A stretch of 64,000 bases of DNA, taken from an uncultured Chloroflexia bacterium. GTDB lineage: Bacteria; Chloroflexota; Limnocylindria; Limnocylindrales; CSP1-4. Below the pieces are notes generated by a model, which saw only the letters and a list, made by a program, of their open reading frames with translations, was not told the DNA's origin and did not search any database. How positions within the stretch are numbered: the first letter of the stretch is position 1; the number at the start of each line of letters is the position of its first letter. Positions 57,611 through 64,000 of the stretch are shown one piece after another. The translations under genes were made by a program, and so were the position numbers. The stretch covers positions 16,348 to 80,347 of the forward strand of contig CAVPNC010000013.1 in assembly GCA_963706695.1 (NCBI GenBank), in the 5' to 3' direction.

Positions 57611-58072
57611 CTAGCGGCCGCGCATGGCGTCCGCCACCTCGCGCTCCATGTCGCGCCTGGACTGGCGGTCGGCGATGTCGCGTCGGTGGTCATAGTGCTT
57701 CTTGCCCTTGGCCAACCCGACCTCGATCTTGGCTTTGCCGCGGTCGTTGAAGTACATCGAGAGCGGCACCAGGGTCAGGCCCTTGGCCTTGGTGCGGCCG
57801 ACCAGCTGATCGATCTGCGTGCGATGCAGGAGCAGCTTGCGGTCGCGCATGGGCTCATGGTTGTAGCGGTTGCCGCCGGCCCACGGCGCGATGCGGGCGC
57901 CGACCAGCCAGGCCTCGCCGCCCTCGATACGGGCGTACGCGTCCTGCAGGTTCACCGAACCATCACGCACTGACTTGATCTCCGTGCCGGTAAGGACGAT
58001 ACCGGCCTCGAACGAGTCCTCGATGGAGTAGAGGTGGCGGGCTTTGCGGTTGGTCGCGACGGTCTTGCCCAT
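57611..58072 (-). CDS. smpB: SsrA-binding protein SmpB
   Basis: NRKARHLYSIEDSFEAGIVLTGTEIKSVR...LLLHR.QI and a basic C-tail. Immediately upstream of ssrA. Confidence 0.95.
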   Translation of the reverse strand: MGKTVATNRKARHLYSIEDSFEAGIVLTGTEIKSVRDGSVNLQDAYARIEGGEAWLVGARIAPWAGGNRYNHEPMRDRKLLLHRTQIDQLVGRTKAKGLTLVPLSMYFNDRGKAKIEVGLAKGKKHYDHRRDIADRQSRRDMEREVADAMRGR

Positions 58073-58139
58073 CTGCGGGGCTCCTTGAGTGTCGATCGGC
58101 GTTGGCGGCGGCCCCTAAGGGTCGCACAGGCACACGAAC

Positions 58140-58159
58140 GCCGGCCCAGCTGGGCCGGC
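58140..58159. terminator. 20-nt perfect palindrome GCCGGCCCAGCTGGGCCGGC downstream of the S41 protease gene
   Basis: Sits in the 233-nt spacer between the protease stop (58306) and the smpB start (58072). No U-tract, so its function is uncertain. Confidence 0.35.
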
Positions 58160-58305
58160 GTCCCTGCGGCTTGCACCACTCGTCGGAACGACTAGCGTCG
58201 AACCTCCGAGGCGGTGCTGCTACTTAAACGACTATGCATTACACACCACCTCCTTTCGTTCGAGGGAACGGTACCTGACCTGTCAAGCCCGTGCCACGAG
58301 GGACG

Positions 58306-59643
58306 CTAGGGCGAGGCGCCAGGTGTCGCCGCAGGCGCTGGCCATGGCTCGTCAAGCAGCAGGGCCACGGCTGCTGCGACCTGTTCGTCGAGGCTGGGGT
58401 CAGCAGCGCTGTCGCCGGCCCAGTAGCGCTCGCGCTCGAGGCCCACGGTCACATCCGGGGTCAGGCCCTCGCCGTGGATCCAGGTCTTGTCCCGGGTCAG
58501 CCACTTGGCGATCGAGAGCCGATAGCCACCGTTCTCGCCCGGCAGCTCGCTCCACTCCTGCACGGTGCCCTTGCCGAAGGTGGGTTCGCCTACTAGCTGA
58601 GCCCGTCCGGCATCCTGCAGGGCCCCAGCGAGGATCTCGCTGGCCGAGGCCGAGCCGCCGTTGACCAGCAGCACAAGCTCGATGCGGGGGTCGGTAGCGA
58701 TCCCCTCACCGGTGACGCTGATGGCCACCTGCGTGCCGTCGGCGTCTTCCTCCCAGAACACCGCACCCTCCTCGATGAACTGGCTGCTGATCTCGACGGT
58801 CGCGTCGACGAAGCCGCCGGGGTCGTCGCGCACGTCGATGATGAGCTTGTCCAGGCCGGCATCAAGGTGTGCCTGCAGGTCTGCCTCGAAGTCATCCGCG
58901 GCGTTGCTGCTGAAGTTGTCGATGGAGATGTAGCCGATGCGACCATCGGCCAGGGTGGCGCTGCGGACGTCGTCGGCGACGACGGTGTCACGGGTGATGG
59001 GGATCTCCAGCTCCTGGCCCACCCGGTCCACGGTCAGGGCGACCTCGCTCCCGCGCGGGCCGCGGATGAGCCACACCGACTCGTCGATGGTGCTGCCCTC
59101 CAGCAGCTCACCGTCGACACCCGTGACCACGTCGCCGGCCAGCAGCCCCGCTCCCTCCGCGGGGGCACCACGCAGCACCTGCACGACCCGCAGGCGGCAC
59201 TGGTCGTCGATGACCTCGCAGCGCGCACCGGTGTCGTCGGTCGTGTCCATCACCGCGCCGATGCCCTCGAACTCACCCATGGCATCGTCGAGCGCGGCAT
59301 CGTACGCATCCGGCGGCATGTAGGCCGAGTAGGGGTCTTCGAGCACGTCGAACATGCCCTCGAGCGCGCCTCCGAGCACCTCCTCCGGCACGGGCGTGCC
59401 GATGTAGCGATCAGCGATGTCCTGGTAGGTGCGGGTGAAGGCTTCGATGGCGGCACGCTCATCGGCGTTGCGGCCCGTCGTGGCCCCGCCCAGGGTCATG
59501 CCGGCCCAGAAGATGGCGGCAGCGCCCATGGCCAGCAGCACGACGGCCGTGAGCGTGACCGAGGGTCCGTCCCCGCCGGGCGTCGGGGCGTCCGGTCCCG
59601 TGGCGGGCGGAGGGGCTGAAGGGCTGCCGTGGGGCGCGCTCAT
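58306..59643 (-). CDS. S41 family C-terminal processing peptidase
   Basis: N-terminal TM, PDZ (GAPAEGAGLLAGDVVTGVDG), catalytic region LVNGGSASASEILAGAL and TFGKGTVQ. Confidence 0.9.
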   Translation of the reverse strand: MSAPHGSPSAPPPATGPDAPTPGGDGPSVTLTAVVLLAMGAAAIFWAGMTLGGATTGRNADERAAIEAFTRTYQDIADRYIGTPVPEEVLGGALEGMFDVLEDPYSAYMPPDAYDAALDDAMGEFEGIGAVMDTTDDTGARCEVIDDQCRLRVVQVLRGAPAEGAGLLAGDVVTGVDGELLEGSTIDESVWLIRGPRGSEVALTVDRVGQELEIPITRDTVVADDVRSATLADGRIGYISIDNFSSNAADDFEADLQAHLDAGLDKLIIDVRDDPGGFVDATVEISSQFIEEGAVFWEEDADGTQVAISVTGEGIATDPRIELVLLVNGGSASASEILAGALQDAGRAQLVGEPTFGKGTVQEWSELPGENGGYRLSIAKWLTRDKTWIHGEGLTPDVTVGLERERYWAGDSAADPSLDEQVAAAVALLLDEPWPAPAATPGASP

Positions 59644-59659
59644 GGGCGTGGTCCGGAAC

Positions 59660-60547
59660 CTAGCGCAGGTACGTGCGCACGCTGATCCAGGCGCCCACGC
59701 CGCCGAGGCCCAACCCGGCCACGAGCGTGATGAGCGAGATCTGGTAGGTCAGTGACTGGTCGAAGCCCAGGGGTACGGAGCCCGCGATGTCGCTGGCGAT
59801 GTCGCTGATGGCGGGTGATGCCAGCAGCAACAACAGCAGGGTGATGAACGCTCCCGCCAGACCGATGAAGACACCCTCGAGGATGAAGGGCCAGCGCACG
59901 TAGCGATCCGATGCTCCCACCAGGCGCATGATCTCGATCTCCTGGGCCCTGGCCATGAGCGCCATGCGGATGCTGTTGACGACGATGAGCAGCACGGTCA
60001 GGGCCACGAAGCTGAGCACGATGAAACCCAGGTTGCGCAACTGCGCGGTGAGCTCGACGAGGCGGTCGATGCCGGTCTGTTGTCCCAGCACGCGCTGGAC
60101 GATGCTCGTCTGGTCCTCCAGCATGACCACCACGGCGCGCGACTGACGGGGGTCGCTCAGCTCGATGGAGTAGTAGGCGTTGAAGGGGTTGAAGCCGGCG
60201 TAGGCCGCGGTGATGTCGGTGTCGCCCTGTTCGGCCCGGTCGGCCGTGAAGCGCTCGAGGGCCTCCTCCTTGCTCACGTACGTGACGGTGGCCACGTCGG
60301 GGCGCTCCTGCAGGGCCTGCTGGAAGGCCAGCACCTGGTCGGCCGTGAGCCCCGCGTGCACCTCGGCTCGAACCTCCACGCGCGACTCCACGTAGGCCAG
60401 GCCGGCCTCGACCCCGTTGACGACGATGACCAACGCGCTCAAGAGGATGAGCATCAGGATCATGGTGAAGGTGGCCGCGAAGGTCATCACGCTATTGCGC
60501 CACAGGCCCTGCAGCGCCTGCCGGACGGAGAAGCGGAGGAAGTGCAT
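59660..60547 (-). CDS. ftsX: cell division permease-like protein FtsX
   Basis: Four TM helices with a large first extracytoplasmic loop. C-terminus EIEIMRLVGASDRYVRWPF. Follows ftsE. Confidence 0.9.
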   Translation of the reverse strand: MHFLRFSVRQALQGLWRNSVMTFAATFTMILMLILLSALVIVVNGVEAGLAYVESRVEVRAEVHAGLTADQVLAFQQALQERPDVATVTYVSKEEALERFTADRAEQGDTDITAAYAGFNPFNAYYSIELSDPRQSRAVVVMLEDQTSIVQRVLGQQTGIDRLVELTAQLRNLGFIVLSFVALTVLLIVVNSIRMALMARAQEIEIMRLVGASDRYVRWPFILEGVFIGLAGAFITLLLLLLASPAISDIASDIAGSVPLGFDQSLTYQISLITLVAGLGLGGVGAWISVRTYLR

Positions 60548-60559
60548 CAGCAGACCGCC

Positions 60560-61390
60560 CTAGTACTCACGGTGATAGCCGCCGACCTCGTCCCGCACCA
60601 CGCGGCCGTCTTCAAGCGCGACCACGCGCCGGCGCAAGGCGGTCACGACCTCCGCGTCGTGGGTGGCCATGAGCACGGTCGTGCCCATCTCGTTGATGCG
60701 CAGCAGCAGCTGGATGATCTCCCAGCTGATGAGGGGGTCCAGGTTGCCGGTGGGCTCGTCGGCGATGATGAGGCGCGGGTCATGGACCATGGCCCGGGCG
60801 ATGGCCGTGCGTTGCTGCTCGCCACCGGAGAGCTGGTCCGGACGCTGCTTGGCCTGCTCGGTGAGCCCGACGAGGGCGAGCGCGCGCTTCACAGCCGGCT
60901 CCATCAGCCGCTTGGGCGTGCCCGTGACGTCGAGCGCGAAGGCCACGTTCTCGTAGACGGTCTTGCGCGGCAGCAGGCGGAAGTCCTGGAAGACGATGCC
61001 GATCTTGCGCCGCAACAGCGGCACTTCCTTCCTCTTCATGCGACCGAGGTCGTGGCCGGCGACCTCCACGCTGCCCTCGCTGGCCTTCTCGTCACGCACG
61101 AGCAGCTTGATGAGGGTGGACTTGCCCGCACCCGAGGGGCCCACGAGGAAGATGAAGTCACCCTCGGGGATGACCAGGTCGACGTCGATGAGCGCTTCCT
61201 TGCCCGTGCCGTAGGTCTTGCTCACGCCCGCCAGGCGCACCGAATCGGGCCGTTCTGCCGGAGGCAGCGGCTGACCGGGCATGGCGGGTCCGGGCTGTCC
61301 ATATCCGGGCGCCACTGGGGTAGGCACCTGATCGGACCGGGGTACTCCTGGCGGTGGCCCGGCGACAGCCCGGGAAACGGCGTCGCTCAT
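60560..61390 (-). CDS. ftsE: cell division ATP-binding protein FtsE (Pro-rich N-terminal extension)
   Basis: Walker A GPSGAGKSTL, signature LSGGEQQR and Walker B LIIADEPTGNLD. The ATG at 61390 is preferred; the track ORF start (61483) would overlap the upstream gene. Confidence 0.9.
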   Translation of the reverse strand: MSDAVSRAVAGPPPGVPRSDQVPTPVAPGYGQPGPAMPGQPLPPAERPDSVRLAGVSKTYGTGKEALIDVDLVIPEGDFIFLVGPSGAGKSTLIKLLVRDEKASEGSVEVAGHDLGRMKRKEVPLLRRKIGIVFQDFRLLPRKTVYENVAFALDVTGTPKRLMEPAVKRALALVGLTEQAKQRPDQLSGGEQQRTAIARAMVHDPRLIIADEPTGNLDPLISWEIIQLLLRINEMGTTVLMATHDAEVVTALRRRVVALEDGRVVRDEVGGYHREY

Positions 61391-61427
61391 CGGCCGGGAG
61401 CGTAGCACAGGGTTCGGCGTCGACCCG

Positions 61428-62267
61428 TCAGCGGGGCTCCGCGCGAGCCAGGCGTGCGAGCACACGATCGTGGAGCAGGCCATTGGTCGCGAGCACGCCC
61501 TGAGCGGGCATGTCGGAGCCGCCCCGGATGTCCGTCACGCGCGCGCCCGCGTGCTCCAACACCGCTCGAGGACCGGCCAGGTCCCAGAGCTTCAGCTCGG
61601 ACTCGACCATGACCTCGGCCGCGCCTTCGGCGACGAGCATGTAGCCGTAGAAGTCGCCCAGCCCGCGGTCGCGCCAGACCTCGCCCAGCATGGGTCCGAA
61701 CCCGGGCGCCCAGCCGGACGCTGCGATGCTGGGGTAGGACGAGTAGACCACGGAGGCCTCCTCGAGGCGGTCGACCGTGGAGACCGAGAGGCGCGCGGCT
61801 GAGTCCCGATCCCACCCGCCGGGGGTCGTCTCGACGGCCCAAGCGCCACCGGCCTGCCAGCTGAACCAGCGTCGGTGCAGGGCAGGGGCGCTGACCGCGC
61901 CGACAGCCAGGACTCCGTCGATCTCGAACCCGATGAGGGTGGCGTAGATGGGCACGCCACGCATGTAGTTGTGGGTGCCGTCGATGGGGTCGATGATCCA
62001 GCGCCGCCCGCCCGCCGCGTCGGCCACGCCGTACTCCTCGCCCACCAGGCCGTGATCGGGGAAGCGATCCGCGATGCGCTCGCGGATCGCTCGCTCCACG
62101 GCCGTATCGGCCTCGGTCACGAAGGAGGCGTCGGGCTTGGCCTCGATGCGGATGGCGCGACGGAACGAGGCCAGGGAGAGGGCGTCGGCCTCATCGCAGG
62201 CTGCCAGCGCCACCTCCACGGCGGCGCCGATCTCGGTGTTGGGGTCAGGCAGGGTGAATCGTGTCAT
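61428..62267 (-). CDS. inositol monophosphatase family protein (HisN/ImpA-like)
   Basis: IEAKPDASFVTEADTAVE, GEEYG, WIIDPIDGTHNYMRG, WDLAGPRAVLEHAG. I cannot tell histidinol-phosphatase from IMPase by eye. Confidence 0.85.
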   Translation of the reverse strand: MTRFTLPDPNTEIGAAVEVALAACDEADALSLASFRRAIRIEAKPDASFVTEADTAVERAIRERIADRFPDHGLVGEEYGVADAAGGRRWIIDPIDGTHNYMRGVPIYATLIGFEIDGVLAVGAVSAPALHRRWFSWQAGGAWAVETTPGGWDRDSAARLSVSTVDRLEEASVVYSSYPSIAASGWAPGFGPMLGEVWRDRGLGDFYGYMLVAEGAAEVMVESELKLWDLAGPRAVLEHAGARVTDIRGGSDMPAQGVLATNGLLHDRVLARLARAEPR

Positions 62268-62284
62268 CGGTCCTCCAGCTGCGC

Positions 62285-63157
62285 CTACAGGAGCGCGAAG
62301 CTCATGGGCATGTAGCGGTCGAAGCGGGGCCCCGGGCCCTGTGCGCAGTGGACGGCAGGAGTGCCGTCGATGCGCAGGCCCGCGGCCAGCAACGGGACCA
62401 GTGCGGTCGCGGCCGGTCCCGGCACGACCAGCTGCCGACCCTCGAGCACGTCGGTCAGTCGCACGAGATAGCCGATGAACCCGGGCAGGTACTCGGGCTC
62501 CACCGCCGCCACCGGCCCGATGCGTCCGCTGGGATGAGCGTAGCCGTAGCCCAGCACGGCCCCGGCAGCGTCGGTGAAGAGGGCGCCGGTCCGCTCGCGG
62601 GCCCAGAAGGTGTGGTCGGCAGGGCGCTCGTAGCCCAGCAGCGCACGATCGAGCGCCGCCACCGCCTCAGCCTGCAGTGGCCGTCGCTGCACGTCCAGGG
62701 GCACCGAGGGCAGGGCTTCATCGGGGAGGGTCCCCCGGATGAGATAGAGCGGCGTTCGAGGGGCCATGCCCATCCTGGCGTAGAGACCCGTGGAGACCGG
62801 CTGGTTGGCCTCGGCACAGGTGGACAACCGCTCCACGCCCTCCCCTGCCCCCGCCACGCAGGCGTCGAGCACGGCCCGCCCGATGCGCCGGCCCTGCCAC
62901 GCGGGCTCCACGAAGAGGAACGAGAGAAAGGCTTCCACGCCACGGCGCATGACGATCCCGAAGGCCATCACCCGGCCGTGGTCGTCGGCCACGTAGCAGG
63001 ACTGCGGGTCGGTCCCGAGCAGGTGCCCGAAGTGCATCTCCAGCGGCGCCGCATTGCGCGGCGGGAGCGGCTGGCCCCGCTGCCGGTCGAGGTCCTCGAT
63101 CGCGTGGAAGAAGACCTCCAGCATGGCCGGGATGTCGGCGGCCGTGGCGACCCGCAA
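62285..63157 (-). CDS. GNAT family N-acetyltransferase (two-domain)
   Basis: LRVATAADIPAMLEVF...FLFVEPAWQGRRIGRAVLD acetyl-CoA site. A TTG start at 63157, 1 nt after the prfB stop, is proposed; the alternative is the ATG at 63124. The upstream part of the track ORF overlaps prfB. Confidence 0.75.
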   Translation of the reverse strand: MRVATAADIPAMLEVFFHAIEDLDRQRGQPLPPRNAAPLEMHFGHLLGTDPQSCYVADDHGRVMAFGIVMRRGVEAFLSFLFVEPAWQGRRIGRAVLDACVAGAGEGVERLSTCAEANQPVSTGLYARMGMAPRTPLYLIRGTLPDEALPSVPLDVQRRPLQAEAVAALDRALLGYERPADHTFWARERTGALFTDAAGAVLGYGYAHPSGRIGPVAAVEPEYLPGFIGYLVRLTDVLEGRQLVVPGPAATALVPLLAAGLRIDGTPAVHCAQGPGPRFDRYMPMSFALL

Positions 63158-63158
63158 C

Positions 63159-64000
63159 TCAGGCAGTGCCGCCCTCCCGCTCGGTGGCGACTCGCTCCAG
63201 CTCGGCCACCATGAAGGCGTCGAGATCGCCGTCGAGCACGGCCGTGGTGTTGCCCGTCTCGTGCTCGGTGCGGTGGTCCTTGACCATCTGGTATGGGTGC
63301 AGCACATAGGAACGGATCTGGTTGCCCCAGCCCGCGTCGACGTGCTCGCCCTTCAGCTCGCGGATCTCCGCCTCACGCTCCTCGAGACGTCGCTCCAGCA
63401 GCCGCGCCCGCAGGATCTTCATGGCGGCCTCGCGGTTCTGGTGCTGCGAGCGCTCGTTCTGGCTTTGGGCCACGATGCCGGTGGGGATGTGGGTCAGGCG
63501 CACGGCCGAGTCGGTCTTGTTGACGTGCTGCCCGCCGGCGCCCTGGGCGCGGTAGGTGTCGACCTTCAGCTCGTCGTCGGGGATCTCCTCGACCTCCGCG
63601 GCCTCCGCCACCTCCGGCAGGATCTCCACCTGCACGAAGGTCGTGTGCCGCCGCGACTGGGAGTCGTACGGGCTGATGCGGACCAGACGGTGGACACCAG
63701 CCTCCGCTCGCAGCCAGCCGTAGGCGCGTCGACCCTGGACCGAGACGGTCGCGCTCTTGATGCCGGTCTCCTCGCCCTCGAGGCGATCCACGATCTCGGT
63801 GCCGAAGCCGCGTCGTTCACACCAGCGCAAGTACATGCGCAGCAGCATCTCGGCCCAGTCGGTGGCCTCCGTGCCGCCAGCCCCGGCGCTGATGCTGATG
63901 AAGGCGTCGGAGTCGTCGTACTCGCCCGAGAAGAGCAGGCTCGTGCGCATCCGCTGGTAGTCGGCCTCGATGCCCTTGAACTCGGCCTCCAGCTCAGCCT
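63159..64000 (-). CDS. prfB: peptide chain release factor 2 (5' end beyond window)
   Basis: AGAGGTEATDWAEML, RISPYDSQSRRHTTF (SPF-type motif), GAGGQHVNKTDSAVRLTHIPTG (GGQ). The frame stays open to the window end. Confidence 0.93.
   Translation of the reverse strand, partial: AELEAEFKGIEADYQRMRTSLLFSGEYDDSDAFISISAGAGGTEATDWAEMLLRMYLRWCERRGFGTEIVDRLEGEETGIKSATVSVQGRRAYGWLRAEAGVHRLVRISPYDSQSRRHTTFVQVEILPEVAEAAEVEEIPDDELKVDTYRAQGAGGQHVNKTDSAVRLTHIPTGIVAQSQNERSQHQNREAAMKILRARLLERRLEEREAEIRELKGEHVDAGWGNQIRSYVLHPYQMVKDHRTEHETGNTTAVLDGDLDAFMVAELERVATEREGGTA

Noticed and set aside
63951-64000. I looked for the programmed +1 frameshift site (CUU UGA C) of prfB.
   Set aside because: The window ends at a region equivalent to the RF2 domain 1-2 boundary, downstream of where the frameshift site would be. 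It cannot be assessed here.

Overview
This is a gene-dense bacterial chromosomal segment of 64 kb and roughly 68-70% GC. Its gene content and synteny (dnaA-dnaN-recF-DUF721; prfB-ftsE-ftsX-smpB-ssrA; PIP synthase/acyltransferase/pimA) suggest an Actinomycetota-like organism, by inference only. The window spans the replication-origin neighbourhood. dnaA, dnaN and recF run leftwards on the minus strand, and rpmH-rnpA-yidD-yidC-jag run rightwards on the plus strand. The dnaA-dnaN spacer carries DnaA-box-like 9-mers and an AT-rich patch. From left to right the window holds: lon (partial), a cbpA-like J-protein and clpB; a MidA/NDUFAF7-like methyltransferase, a Nudix CoA pyrophosphatase, a cupin and a small membrane protein; purH, a Cys-type sulfatase and folK; a 13-gene complex I (nuo) operon; otsB and an MFS transporter; an ArsR-headed phosphatidylinositol/PIM-type operon (PIP synthase, ino1, two HtrB-like acyltransferases, a PHP phosphoesterase, a pimA-like GT4); a block of GT-C membrane glycosyltransferases, including a 1700-aa double GT-C protein, with a frameshifted Ppm1-like GT2; a DUF151 nuclease and a pseudo-PP2C membrane protein; the origin region; a CsaA-like protein; tmRNA and smpB; an S41 protease, ftsEX, a hisN-like IMPase, a GNAT and prfB (partial). 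I saw no rRNA, tRNA, CRISPR array, transposase or integrase. The most unusual feature is the nuo operon. The NuoE/F/G-type genes sit in the nuoI slot. nuoI appears split, with its N-half fused to a NuoE-like domain and a NuoI-like C-half fused to the end of the NuoG-like protein. That NuoG-like protein lacks the molybdopterin-like domain and instead carries an inserted, apparently intact GltD-type NAD(P)H/FAD module. The next most notable items are a PHP phosphoesterase embedded in the PI operon (a candidate PIP phosphatase) and the giant double GT-C protein with a repeat-rich insert. All function calls rest on motifs read by eye from the ORF translations. No database search was run.
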